Origin: Candidatus Dormiibacterota bacterium
GTDB taxonomy: Bacteria; Chloroflexota; Dormibacteria; Aeolococcales; Aeolococcaceae
Length of the DNA: 52,236 bases
Reading direction: 5' to 3'
Assembly: GCA_049279755.1 (NCBI GenBank)
Contig: JBAPOS010000134.1
Coordinates: 1 to 52,236 of the forward strand
Part shown: piece after piece, positions 19,888 through 29,316 of the stretch
Position numbering within the stretch: position 1 is the first letter of the stretch
How the letters are laid out: each line of letters opens with the position of its first letter
The notes under the pieces: generated by a model
The model's database searches: none
Told to the model about the DNA's origin: nothing
The model's input: only the letters and a program-made list of their open reading frames with translations
Translations under genes and position numbers: made by a program

Positions 19888-22598
19888 CGCCAATGAACCT
19901 CGAAGCGCTCCCCACCGACTACCCGACCTCATGGGCCATCGACGCAGTGCTCGCCGACGGCGGCACGGTGCACATCCGGCCCATCCGCCCGGACGACGCG
20001 GCCGCTCACCGGGCGTTCTTCGCGAGCCAGTCCAAGCGGAGCGTGTACTTCCGCTTCTTCGGACCAAGATCTGAGCTGAGCGACCGCGAGGTCACCCACT
20101 TCACGAGCGTCGACTACCACGACCGCATGGCCTTCGTCGCGTTCCTGCGTGACACCATGATCGCCGTCGGTCGCTATGACCGCCTCGCGGGCGATGAAGC
20201 CGAGGTCGCATTTGCAGTCGCCGACGAGCACCAGGGCCGCGGGCTTGCGACGCTGCTCCTCGAGTACCTCGCGACCTACGCAGCGACCTTCGGCATCACC
20301 CGATTCAGTGCCGATACGCTCATCGACAACCGGCAGATGCTCGAGGTCTTTCAGGCCGCGGGCTTCCGGCGCGAGAGCCGATCCATCGAGTACGGGGTCG
20401 TGCATCTCACATTCGACATCGAACCGACCGGCGAATCGCTCGCCGCAAGCGAGCGACGCGCATGGACCGCAGGCGTGCACAGCATTGCGAGAATTCTGGA
20501 GCCGCGATCCGTCGCGGTCATCGGAGCGGGCCGCAATCCCAACGGCATCGGGCACTCGGTGGTCCGCAACCTCGTGGAGGGCGGCTTCAAAGGGCCGGTG
20601 TACCCGGTCAACCCGAACGCCGGAACGCTGCTCGGCCTCAGCTGCGCGCCGGACGTCGAAGCGATCGAGGGTCCGGTCGACCTCGCGGTCCTGGCGGTTC
20701 CGGCCGCGCAGTGCATCGATGCCGTCGATGCCTGTGGACGCAAGGGCGTCAAGGGGCTGGTGGTCATCTCCTCCGGGTTCGCCGAGGTCGGCGGCGATGG
20801 TGTGGACATGCAGCGCCAGTTGCTCCTGCGCGCCCATCGCGGCGGCATGCGCGTCGTAGGGCCGAACTGTTTCGGAGTGATCAACACCGCACCGGACGTC
20901 TCCCTCAACGCCACCTTCGCGTCCCGCTCGCCGGTTCACGGTGGCATCGCCTTCGCCTCGCAGTCCGGCGCACTCGGTATCGCCATCCTGGAGCAGTCGC
21001 TCACATCGGGCCTTGGCCTCTCGAGCTTCGTCAGCACCGGCAACAAGTCCGACGTGAGCAGCAATGATCTGCTCAGGTACTGGCAGCAGGATGGCCAAAC
21101 CCGAGCGATCCTTCTCTACCTGGAATCCTTTGGCAATCCCCGAGCGTTTGCGCGCGTGGCGCCCGTGGTCTCGCGGACCACGCCGATCGTGGTCGTCAAG
21201 TCGGGACGCAGCTCTGCCGGAACTCGTGCGGCCGCCTCGCACACGGCGGCACTCGCCAGCCCGGACACGGTGGTCGACGCACTCTTCCAGCAGGCAGGCG
21301 TGATCCGTGTCGACACCCTCGAGGAACTGCTGGATTGCGGGCAACTGCTCGCGAATCAGCCCGCGCTGGCCGGCCACCGGCTCGCCATCATCGGCAACGC
21401 CGGCGGTGCCGCGGTGCTCGCTGCCGACGCGTGCGAGGCAGCCGGGCTCAGCGTTCCCGAATTCGATGCCCCAACCCAGGCCGCGATTCGCGATTTGGCT
21501 GGACCGAATGCGGGGGTCAGCAACCCGGTGGATCTCGGGGCCGGCGCAACCCCGCAACTCTTCGAACAGGCCTTGCGGATGGGACTCGGGACAGCGTCAA
21601 TCGACGGCGTGGTCGTGATCCTTGCTCCTGTGGCCACCGCAGACGCGGAGGACGTCGCCCGGGCGGTCGCGGGGATCGATTCCGGCGACCGCCCGATCGT
21701 GTTCGTGCACCTCGGCGAGAGCGCCGCCCCAGCCGCGCTCAGCGAAGGCGCGCGGAAGATCCCCTCCTACGCATTCCCCGAACGCGCAGTCCGCGCACTC
21801 GGACGCATCGCCCAGCATTCCACCTGGAAGAGCCGCCCGGTTGGTGCGGCGGCACAGCTCGAGGGCATCGACCTCGATGCGGCACGGTCGCTCGTCAAGG
21901 AGTATCTCGCCGCCAACAGCGACGGTGGATGGTTGCCGCCCGAGGGTGCGGTCGCGATGCTCCGCGCCTTCGGTATCAAGACCGCGGGCGAGGTCTCGGT
22001 TTCTTCGGCGTCCGAAGCGGCGAGTGCCGCGCTGCAACTGGGATGTCCCGTCGCCCTCAAAGCGATGGGCAGAACGATCCTGCACAAGTCGGATGTGGGC
22101 GGCGTCCGCCTCGACCTGGCATCCGCCGAGGAGGTCAGCACGGCGTTTGCGGCCATGGTGAGCACCCTCGGAGCCGCGATGGAGGGTGCGATCGTGCAAC
22201 CCATGCTCCTCGGTGTCGAGCTGATCGCCGGAGTGATCAGCGACTCGCTCTTTGGACCGGTCGTCATGTTCGGGAGCGGCGGCACCGCGGTTGAGCTCTT
22301 CGGCGATCGTGTCCTGCGCATCCTGCCCCTGACCGACCAGGACGCTCACGAGATGGTGCGCTCGATTCGAGGCGCGCCACTGCTGTTCGGCCATCGGGGC
22401 GCTCCGCCGTGCGACGTCGGCGCGGTGGAGGACGCGCTGCTTCGAGTTGCCCGGTTCGCCGACGAGGTCCCGCAGCTTGCCGAGATGGATCTCAACCCCC
22501 TGATCGCCTCGCCAGAAGGGGCCGTTGCGGTAGATGTTCGCGTTCGGCTGGCGCCGTGGCGACGCCACGCCGAGACCGAGGTTCGCCGCCTGCGCTGA
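19884..22598 (+). CDS. GNAT acetyltransferase fused to an NDP-forming acyl-CoA synthetase-like region (Pat-type protein acetyltransferase or ADP-forming acetyl-CoA synthetase)
   Basis: The TTG at 19884 overlaps the kinase stop; an alternative ATG lies at 19893. N-terminal GNAT (EHQGRGLATLLLEYL). This is followed by CoA-binding/ligase (VAVIGAGRNPNGIGHSV, SHTAALAS) and a C-terminal ATP-grasp-like region. Confidence 0.8.
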   Translation: MTPMNLEALPTDYPTSWAIDAVLADGGTVHIRPIRPDDAAAHRAFFASQSKRSVYFRFFGPRSELSDREVTHFTSVDYHDRMAFVAFLRDTMIAVGRYDRLAGDEAEVAFAVADEHQGRGLATLLLEYLATYAATFGITRFSADTLIDNRQMLEVFQAAGFRRESRSIEYGVVHLTFDIEPTGESLAASERRAWTAGVHSIARILEPRSVAVIGAGRNPNGIGHSVVRNLVEGGFKGPVYPVNPNAGTLLGLSCAPDVEAIEGPVDLAVLAVPAAQCIDAVDACGRKGVKGLVVISSGFAEVGGDGVDMQRQLLLRAHRGGMRVVGPNCFGVINTAPDVSLNATFASRSPVHGGIAFASQSGALGIAILEQSLTSGLGLSSFVSTGNKSDVSSNDLLRYWQQDGQTRAILLYLESFGNPRAFARVAPVVSRTTPIVVVKSGRSSAGTRAAASHTAALASPDTVVDALFQQAGVIRVDTLEELLDCGQLLANQPALAGHRLAIIGNAGGAAVLAADACEAAGLSVPEFDAPTQAAIRDLAGPNAGVSNPVDLGAGATPQLFEQALRMGLGTASIDGVVVILAPVATADAEDVARAVAGIDSGDRPIVFVHLGESAAPAALSEGARKIPSYAFPERAVRALGRIAQHSTWKSRPVGAAAQLEGIDLDAARSLVKEYLAANSDGGWLPPEGAVAMLRAFGIKTAGEVSVSSASEAASAALQLGCPVALKAMGRTILHKSDVGGVRLDLASAEEVSTAFAAMVSTLGAAMEGAIVQPMLLGVELIAGVISDSLFGPVVMFGSGGTAVELFGDRVLRILPLTDQDAHEMVRSIRGAPLLFGHRGAPPCDVGAVEDALLRVARFADEVPQLAEMDLNPLIASPEGAVAVDVRVRLAPWRRHAETEVRRLR

Positions 22599-22771
22599 GA
22601 GCACGCATGGGTCGGATGTCACTGCGCCAGCAGGGAAGAACGGCCCGGGCAGCGGGGAATCCAACCTGCAAATGTCATGGCCTGCGGCTCTTTTCCCCGC
22701 ACACCACGCGGGTCGAGGATGTGCTCACGGGTCACATGGGCTCGAGACAAACAAACAAAAGGGACACGGCC

Positions 22772-23365
22772 ATGACAAGTGGACTTCGCTGGCGGATATT
22801 CGTTCTACAGGTCGGACTGATCGGCATCCTCGCGTTCGTGAGCGGGTTCGCCTTCTGGGCGAGCAACTTCGCGACGTCGACCGTGCACGATCAGCTCGCC
22901 GCGCAACAGATCTACTTCCCGGCTGCAGGCTCGGCCGAGCTCAAAGCTCTCCCCAAGGCCGACGACATCGCCATGACTCAGTACGCGGGCCAGCAACTGC
23001 TCACCGGCCAGCAGGCTGAGGTCTATGCGAACAGCTTCATCAACGTCCATCTGGGCGAGATCGCCAACGGCAAGACGTACTCGCAGCTCAGCGCAGCTTC
23101 GATGGCGGCTCCCAACGACACCAAGCTCGCCGGCCAAGTGGCGACCATCTTCAAGGGCACGACGCTCCGCAGCATGTTGCTCAACGCCTATGGGTGGTCT
23201 GAGATCGGCATGTTCGCCGGCTACGCGGCCATCGGCCTTGCGATCGCAGCCGTCGCGGTTCTCGGCGCCTTCCTCTTCGAGATCGTCCGCTGGCGCGAGA
23301 CGGTCAGCGCGGCACAAGCCAGCCGCCCGGCAGCGCAGCCGACAGCGGTCCGGCAGCACGCGTAA
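22772..23365 (+). CDS. Hypothetical bitopic membrane protein (N- and C-terminal TM, about 140-aa outside loop)
   Basis: In-frame ATG 22772 of ORF 22409..23365. The start is uncertain (ATG 22736 is also in frame). No family recognised. Confidence 0.55.
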   Translation: MTSGLRWRIFVLQVGLIGILAFVSGFAFWASNFATSTVHDQLAAQQIYFPAAGSAELKALPKADDIAMTQYAGQQLLTGQQAEVYANSFINVHLGEIANGKTYSQLSAASMAAPNDTKLAGQVATIFKGTTLRSMLLNAYGWSEIGMFAGYAAIGLAIAAVAVLGAFLFEIVRWRETVSAAQASRPAAQPTAVRQHA

Positions 23366-23393
23366 GGGCTTCCCCGGACTTCGGTCCCTCTTG

Positions 23394-23427
23394 AATGACC
23401 CATCGGCCTTCGGGCCGGTGGGTCATT
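23394..23427. terminator. Bidirectional stem-loop between convergent genes
   Basis: AATGACCCA (23394-23402) pairs perfectly with TGGGTCATT (23419-23427). An inner GGCC/GGCC pairing is present. No clear U-tract. Confidence 0.5.
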
Positions 23428-23460
23428 CTTATGGTCAGTTCACTCTCCAGTCGAATGCCT

Positions 23461-24477
23461 CTAGGTCATCCTCGTCCACGCCACGAGGTCGTCCGCCGTC
23501 ATGGTGTTGATGACCGTTTCGGCTGACACATCGCACGCGGCCGCGCGCTCGCAGCCGCGCAGCTGCCACTCAAGCTGGCCCGGCGCGTGCGCGTCGGTGT
23601 CGACGGTGAGCCGGCATCCGGCATCGATCGCGAGCTTCAGCAGGCGCCTAGGGGGATCGAGCCGTTCCGGACGCGAGTTGACCTCGACGGCGACATGATG
23701 CTCGCGGCACGCCGCGAAGACGGCGTCCGCGTCGAACTCCGACTCGGGTCTCCCGCGGCCCACGACGATCCGCCCGGTGCAGTGACCGAGGACGTCCATG
23801 TGCGGGTTGCGGATGGCGGTGAGCATCCGCGGTGTCATCTCCGCCTTCGGCATACGCAACTTCGAATGCACGCTTGCCACCACGACATCGAGCTCGCCGA
23901 GCAGGTCCGGCTCCTGATCGAGCGAGCCGTCTTCGAGGATGTCGACCTCGATGCCGGTGAGGATGCGAAACGGCGTGAGCCGTTGGTTGATGCCGCGCAC
24001 GACGTCGAGCTGTTCGCGCAGCCGCTCGGCGCTCAAGCCGCGTGCCACGGTCAGGCGCGGTGAGTGATCGGTGAGGGCGATGTACTCGTGGCCGAGGGCG
24101 ATCGCAGTCCGAGCCATCTCCTCGATGGGGCTGCCGCCGTCCGACCAGTCCGAATGCACGTGGCAGTCACCGCGCAGCGCCTGGCGTAGCGCCAGCGCGT
24201 CGGCCGCGATGGGCGGGGCTTCCGTTTCAAGGCGTTGGAGGTACGCAGGTGTCGCTCCCGCCAGCGCCTCCTCGATCACCCGGGCGGTGACCGGCCCGAT
24301 CCCCGCGAGACCGTTGAGTGTTCCGCGCCTGGTCCGTTCCTCGAGCTCTGCATCGGGAAGCGCACGAATCACGGCGGCCGCATTGCGAAAGGCACGCACG
24401 CGGTACGTCGGTTCGCGTTCGCGTTCGAGGATGTATGCAATGCGCTCGAGAGCCGCGATGGCGTCATGGCGGTTCAA
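23461..24477 (-). CDS. PHP-domain phosphoesterase with N-terminal helix-hairpin-helix region (PolX C-terminal-like)
   Basis: CHVHSDWSDGGSPIEEMA...IALTDHS...HSKLRM...HCTGR...DTDAHAP are PHP metal-ligand motifs. The N-terminal LNGLAGIGPVTARVIEE is HhH-like. Confidence 0.8.
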   Translation of the reverse strand: MNRHDAIAALERIAYILEREREPTYRVRAFRNAAAVIRALPDAELEERTRRGTLNGLAGIGPVTARVIEEALAGATPAYLQRLETEAPPIAADALALRQALRGDCHVHSDWSDGGSPIEEMARTAIALGHEYIALTDHSPRLTVARGLSAERLREQLDVVRGINQRLTPFRILTGIEVDILEDGSLDQEPDLLGELDVVVASVHSKLRMPKAEMTPRMLTAIRNPHMDVLGHCTGRIVVGRGRPESEFDADAVFAACREHHVAVEVNSRPERLDPPRRLLKLAIDAGCRLTVDTDAHAPGQLEWQLRGCERAAACDVSAETVINTMTADDLVAWTRMT

Positions 24478-24550
24478 GCCGATGAGTATGGTCTGACATC
24501 GTCAGACGAGACGCGATTGTGTGCTTTTGGTGAACAAAGGTTATTGGGCC

Positions 24551-24580
24551 TTGCGATCGACTCGACGCATCTGATCTAAT
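24551..24580 (+). promoter_or_regulatory. Candidate sigma-70-type promoter for the PKD-domain gene
   Basis: TTGCGA (24551-24556), an 18-nt spacer, then TCTAAT (24575-24580), in the only AT-richer stretch upstream of ATG 24622. Called by eye only. Confidence 0.25.
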
Positions 24581-24621
24581 TTGGCGTCCGGAAATCCAAC
24601 CCCCAGAGAGGAGGTGGCCAA

Positions 24622-26211
24622 ATGCGAGTTCATCGGCGTTGGGATTATCTGGTGGCCTTTGCCACCGCTGCGGTCGCACTGGGAGCTCTCGGCACCTCGA
24701 CGGTGTCGGCTGCGTCCTCGTCGCCGTCTGCCGGTGGGAGCGCTGCCGCGCACTCAAAGCATACTGCCTCGATCGTTCCTCTCCGGAACAAGACGCCGTT
24801 CGACCAGGTGTTCACCAACATGGACTACAACGGCGGCCCGGTCATGCCGTCGAATACGGACTACATGCTGCTGTGGAGCCCGGGCGGCCTGGGCGCCTAT
24901 CCCGCCGGGTATGTCTCCGGGTTGCAGCAGTGGTTCACCGATCTTGCTCACGACAGCGGCGGTGTGCAGAACACCGACTCGGTCTCCGCGCAGTACGCCG
25001 ACCTGACCGGCGCTCACGCGAGCTACGCGACGACGTTCGGAGGGGTCCTGGTCGACACCGACCCATACCCGACGACCGAGTGCCCGGTGAACAGCCCAGT
25101 CGTCGCCTGCATCACCGACCCCCAGATCCAGCAGGAGCTGGTGAACTACGTCGCGGCTAACGGCCTTAAAGCGGATCTGAGACACGAGTACTTCCTGCTC
25201 ACGCCGCCGCACGTCGAATCCTGCTTCACCAACGACCCCACCACCAACTTCGGCGGATGCTCGGCGGGCATCGTGCCCTTCGCCCAATACGCCGCCTACT
25301 GCGCCTACCACCAGAACACGTCCCTCTCGCAGTTCCTGATCTACGCCGACGATCCCTTCGTCCCTGGCAATCCTCATTGCGACGACGGGAACCATCCGAA
25401 CGGCATTGCTGACGGCGAGCTCTCGGGCGGTCTGAGCCACGAGCAGAACGAGTCGGTCACCGATCCAATCCCGAACGACGCGTGGACCAACGGGGCCGGC
25501 GCGAGTCAGGGAGAGGAGGTCGGCGACCAGTGCGTCGGTCACATGGGCACCACGCTCGGGCACGCGCCCGACGGTGCGGCCTACAACCAGGTGATCAACG
25601 GCCACTTCTACTGGTACCAAGAGGAATGGAGCAACGTTGGCCACGCTTGTCTGCAGCGGCTTTCGCCATCGTCCCTCACTCCATCGGCGACGTTCAAAGT
25701 CAAGAAGGGCTCCGGGCTCACGTTGAACTTCGATGCCTCGGGCTCGACGGGATCACCCGGCTTCATCCTGTACGTCTGGCAGTTCAACGACTCATTCGGA
25801 GCTCAAACCATCGAGCAGTCGACTCCCAAGATCTCGCACACGTTCCCGTCGGCCGGCTCCTACTCGATCGGGCTGACAGTCTTCGCTATCGACGGCACAT
25901 CGGCCGGTACCGGAGCGATCGTCACCACCGGACACAACGGGTTCACCAACGGCTTCAAGTTCTCACCGTCGCACCCGAAATTTGGCCACGCGGTCAGCTT
26001 CAGCGGGCTGACAACGGTAAGTGCTCAGCCCGTGCTCACGTACTTCTGGGACTTCGGTGACGGCACGACCGGGTCGGGCGCAAGCCCCACGCACGCCTAC
26101 GCGGCACCGGGCACCTACAAGGTCACGCTCGTGATGTTCAGCGGAGTGGGATCCGCCTACCCCGGCGCTGGTGCCGGACCCATCGTCCAACGGACTATCA
26201 CGGTCAAGTGA
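24622..26211 (+). CDS. Secreted protein: signal peptide, about 330-aa Cys-containing domain of unrecognised family, two C-terminal PKD domains
   Basis: Strong SD (GAGAGGAGG) precedes ATG 24622. Signal peptide MRVHRRWDYLVAFATAAVALGALGTSTVSAAS. PKD signatures FDASGSTGS... and YFWDFGDGTTGSGASPTHAYAAPGTYKVTL. Confidence 0.8.
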   Translation: MRVHRRWDYLVAFATAAVALGALGTSTVSAASSSPSAGGSAAAHSKHTASIVPLRNKTPFDQVFTNMDYNGGPVMPSNTDYMLLWSPGGLGAYPAGYVSGLQQWFTDLAHDSGGVQNTDSVSAQYADLTGAHASYATTFGGVLVDTDPYPTTECPVNSPVVACITDPQIQQELVNYVAANGLKADLRHEYFLLTPPHVESCFTNDPTTNFGGCSAGIVPFAQYAAYCAYHQNTSLSQFLIYADDPFVPGNPHCDDGNHPNGIADGELSGGLSHEQNESVTDPIPNDAWTNGAGASQGEEVGDQCVGHMGTTLGHAPDGAAYNQVINGHFYWYQEEWSNVGHACLQRLSPSSLTPSATFKVKKGSGLTLNFDASGSTGSPGFILYVWQFNDSFGAQTIEQSTPKISHTFPSAGSYSIGLTVFAIDGTSAGTGAIVTTGHNGFTNGFKFSPSHPKFGHAVSFSGLTTVSAQPVLTYFWDFGDGTTGSGASPTHAYAAPGTYKVTLVMFSGVGSAYPGAGAGPIVQRTITVK

Positions 26212-26227
26212 GTTAGCCGGCGGGCGG

Positions 26228-26265
26228 GGTGACCGCGGCGAGCTCGCAGCTCCGCCGCGGTCACC
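26228..26265 (+). terminator. Strong stem-loop downstream of the PKD-domain gene
   Basis: GGTGACCGCGGCG (26228-26240) and CGCCGCGGTCACC (26253-26265) form a perfect 13-bp inverted repeat with a 12-nt loop. No U-tract. Confidence 0.5.
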
Positions 26266-26373
26266 GCCTCGCTGTCGGGTGACAAGCCCGGGGCAGGTTC
26301 ACCTCTATGCGCCGGCTAGCAGTCGCGCGGGACACCCCTCGTCCCACTGTCGACAGCACCGTCGGTTACGTCG

Positions 26374-27234
26374 TCATGGGTTGAGACGACTCACCGCGGA
26401 GATATCGAGGTCCGCCGACTCGCGCATGATGCCGGCAAACAGCTGTCGAGCTTCGTGCGTCAATGGCGTGGGCACTCCCGCCTCGCCGTACGCACCCAGG
26501 CCAAGCTCAAGGTCCTTGAGGAGATCGCGGACCGCGAACATCGTCGGGGTGTGCTCGTCGTGCAGGAAGCCGCGTTCGCGGGCGGCAAGGCCCGGAGCGA
26601 AGCGAACCAGGATCGAAAAGATCTGCTCGCGGTCGAGCCCGATGGCCGTCCCCGCGGCGAGCAGTTCGGCCGCGGCAGCGGTGGTGATGCCCAGCATGCT
26701 GTTGGCGATCAGTTTCATTCGTTGCGCGTTCGCCCGATCGCCGACGTAGCGGACTTCGCCAAGGTGTTCCAATACTGGACGAGCCTTCGCGAGGTCGGCC
26801 GGATCTCCACCGGCGAGGATCAGCAGCTTGCCGCTCTCCACGGCGGGCACGCTGCCGACAACGGGCGCTTCGAGAAGACGTGCGCCTCTCGCGTCGGCCT
26901 CGCGCCCGAGCTCCTCCGCGATCTGCGGCCCCGCGGTGCTGGCTTCGACGAGCAGCTTGCCGGCGGCGGTGCCCAGCACGCCATCCTCGCCGAGGTAGAC
27001 ATCACGTATCGCGGCGTCGTTTGTCAGGCTGCTGATGACCACATCGGCTTCGCGAGCCGCTTCCGCGGGGGTGGAAGCGACGCGGCCCACGTGCAGCTCC
27101 TCTGCCCTTGCGCGCGTGCGATTCCACAGCATCAGGTCGAAACCGGAGGATGCGAGGCGGCGTGCCATCGCCCCGCCCATCTTGCCGGTCCCGAGGATCG
27201 CCACCGTTGTCGCGTCAGCGGTCGGGGTGGTCAT
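26374..27234 (-). CDS. NAD(P)-dependent oxidoreductase (3-hydroxyisobutyrate / 6-phosphogluconate dehydrogenase-like)
   Basis: VAILGTGKMGGAMARRLASSGFDLMLWNRT Rossmann N-terminus. The length and C-terminal helical domain are typical of the beta-hydroxyacid dehydrogenase family. Confidence 0.8.
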   Translation of the reverse strand: MTTPTADATTVAILGTGKMGGAMARRLASSGFDLMLWNRTRARAEELHVGRVASTPAEAAREADVVISSLTNDAAIRDVYLGEDGVLGTAAGKLLVEASTAGPQIAEELGREADARGARLLEAPVVGSVPAVESGKLLILAGGDPADLAKARPVLEHLGEVRYVGDRANAQRMKLIANSMLGITTAAAAELLAAGTAIGLDREQIFSILVRFAPGLAARERGFLHDEHTPTMFAVRDLLKDLELGLGAYGEAGVPTPLTHEARQLFAGIMRESADLDISAVSRLNP

Positions 27235-27319
27235 GGCTCGCCTCCTGTATCACTCCTTACCGAGTCCTCAAAGTACATCAGTTCCCGCCGGCCACAGCAT
27301 CCCTCGAACGAAGGCTTGG

Positions 27320-28441
27320 ATGATGGGGTTCATGGGCCGATCGCGACGTCGCATCTGGGGATTGCTGCTCCTCATCGTTGTCGCCCCCGTCGTCTACTAC
27401 GCAGTCCAGGCATTGCTCCATCCCGCCCTACCGAACCCATTCCATCTGCCGACGACGGCGGCCATCATCCCGCCGACCGCCGAACCTCGCGGTCCAACGC
27501 CAGCTGTGACCCTGGCGCCGCCGATCCCCAGTCCGCGCGAGATGGACGAGATGGCGTTCGACACCGTGCATAACGATGTCGTCATGTACGGCGGCACCGG
27601 GTTTGGGAGCGGGGCACAGACTCCGTCTCGCGAAACCTGGACGTTCGACGCTGGGGGCTGGCATCTGCGCCACCCGGTGACGAACCCCAACATTGATTGG
27701 GGATGGATGACCGAGGACCCTGTGAGCGGTGCCATCGTCCTGACCGGGTTTGTTCCACCCGGCGACGAGGTCGTCGAGACGTGGACGTGGGACGGGACGA
27801 CGTGGACCAACCGCGGTGATCTGCCGACGGGGAACCAGCTTGTGGTTGGAATGGCGGCGATCCCTGCGCTCGGGCAACTGCTGCTGGTGACGGCTCCAAA
27901 CAGCGCACAGCTGACCACCGACGAAACCTGGACGTGGGAAGGATCGTCATGGCGCCTTGACGCACCGGTCATTTCGCTCCCTGTTGAGGGATCGACGCCG
28001 GTGCTGGTATCCGATCCGGCGCATCGGCGAGTGGTCGCCGTGTTCACCGGGACCGCGAACAGCCGTGCAGAGACCTGGACCTGGAACGGTTCCAACTGGT
28101 CGCGGTTGGCCGCGAATGAGGTCGCACCATTCGACCCGATCACGGCGGCGATGGCGGCGGATCCGCGAACGGGCGACGTCCTGATGTACATCGGCGAGGG
28201 TGACGCCCGGGTGGGGTCAACCTGGGCCCTGGGCGGCGCGACGTGGACCGAAGTCGACGGAGCCTCACCGGCGGTTGACACCGACTATCACGGTGCGTGG
28301 CTCCTCGCGGATCCGCACATCGGCCGCGTCGTGATGATTGGCAACGCGGGTCGCCCGAATACGTTGAACGTTCTCTGGGTGTTCACCGGGAGGGGCTGGA
28401 CGGCGGACCCCCCATCAGTGCTGATGGCGCCGTCACGTTGA
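27320..28441 (+). CDS. Membrane-anchored Kelch-like beta-propeller protein (about six blades)
   Basis: In-frame ATG 27320 of ORF 27035..28441, followed by a TM segment (IWGLLLLIVVAPVVYYAV). The motif ETWT[FW]xGxxW recurs at about 147-nt spacing, starting near 27632, 27776, 27923, 28070 and 28217, with a degenerate sixth near 28373. Confidence 0.7.
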   Translation: MMGFMGRSRRRIWGLLLLIVVAPVVYYAVQALLHPALPNPFHLPTTAAIIPPTAEPRGPTPAVTLAPPIPSPREMDEMAFDTVHNDVVMYGGTGFGSGAQTPSRETWTFDAGGWHLRHPVTNPNIDWGWMTEDPVSGAIVLTGFVPPGDEVVETWTWDGTTWTNRGDLPTGNQLVVGMAAIPALGQLLLVTAPNSAQLTTDETWTWEGSSWRLDAPVISLPVEGSTPVLVSDPAHRRVVAVFTGTANSRAETWTWNGSNWSRLAANEVAPFDPITAAMAADPRTGDVLMYIGEGDARVGSTWALGGATWTEVDGASPAVDTDYHGAWLLADPHIGRVVMIGNAGRPNTLNVLWVFTGRGWTADPPSVLMAPSR

Positions 28442-28688
28442 TCTGCGCGCCGTCGACCTGAGGGGTCGCTTGCCGCAGCTCTTCCCCGGGTGTGCGACGG
28501 CGGCAGATCGTCTGACGGATGTGGTCGGCCCCGCTCAGAACGGACGCCTCCGCGCAGTGCGCCGCCTCGGGGAAGTCGCCATGCGCAGAGATTGGGCGGT
28601 AGTGGCGGCAGCCGGCCACGGTCTCTTCGGAATACGGGCACAACCCAGAGGCGGCCGCCCCATCGTCAAGACAGACTCGATTCCCCAT
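28383..28688 (-). CDS. Hypothetical small Cys-containing protein (101 aa)
   Basis: ORF with moderate coding-like GC3 and 5 Cys. The 3' end overlaps the Kelch-like gene by 59 nt. No family recognised; it could be spurious. Confidence 0.3.
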   Translation of the reverse strand: MGNRVCLDDGAAASGLCPYSEETVAGCRHYRPISAHGDFPEAAHCAEASVLSGADHIRQTICRRRTPGEELRQATPQVDGAQINVTAPSALMGGPPSSPSR

Positions 28689-28776
28689 TGCCCACCATCC
28701 TGGACAACGCGCCAGCCCGCGGCCAGTGCCTTAGGTCCTCAATTCGGGCGTAGCCGGGCCGTGCTTTCCCTGCGCG

Positions 28777-29127
28777 TCAACCGGTCGCGACCGCACGGAA
28801 CGCGAACAGGACGGTCAGCACAGCACCACCGGCCAGCCACACCTGCTGCTCGCGACCCCCCAGCTTTCCGCCGATCCACATGGCGAGCGGGAGCGTGAGC
28901 AGCGTTGCCGCACCGTAGAACCAATGCAAGAGCTGATGGGGACGCTCCCCGGTCGCGACCAGCACCAAACCGATCACGACCTGAAGCGCCACCACCGCAA
29001 CCGTCGCGCGAAGGTACAGGCGCACCACGGGCAGAATCTGTGGGCGGAGCAGGCTCGCGACCGCGCCAACCGCGCCAACCGCAGCCACGACTGTCAGTAC
29101 GAGACCGTACCGATCGTGGATCAGCAC
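28777..29127 (-). CDS. Hypothetical integral membrane protein (116 aa, about 4 TM)
   Basis: Strongly hydrophobic translation (LVLTVVAAVGAVGAV..., VAVVALQVVIGLVLV..., GGAVLTVLFAF). Divergent from the cytochrome b cluster. Confidence 0.55.
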   Translation of the reverse strand: MLIHDRYGLVLTVVAAVGAVGAVASLLRPQILPVVRLYLRATVAVVALQVVIGLVLVATGERPHQLLHWFYGAATLLTLPLAMWIGGKLGGREQQVWLAGGAVLTVLFAFRAVATG

Positions 29128-29316
29128 GACCGCTATGGTAGGCGCATCAACCTGCGGCGGTCGCTCCGGGACGGCGAACTGTGGATTGGTAGGTCATTGG
29201 TCACAACCCCGGGTGCTGCACGTCATGCGCTTCCCGCGACGTTCTCCCCTTCTGGGAACTGACTCCTAACAGACATACTCCCGCTTGACACCCACACGAC
29301 ATCACGGAGGTTGCCA

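Noticed and set aside
24491-24507. Hairpin GTCTGAC-atc-GTCAGAC just upstream of the PHP gene start, and GGAAGTGACTTCC at 12580-12592
   Set aside because: These are short 6-7-bp stems in intergenic DNA, too small to distinguish from chance. They are noted but not called as operators or terminators.
29284-29316. TTGACA at 29284-29289 as the -35 box of a promoter for the small ORF / cytochrome b cluster
   Set aside because: No acceptable -10 hexamer lies at 16-19 nt spacing, and the start codon is only about 28 nt downstream. The support is insufficient.
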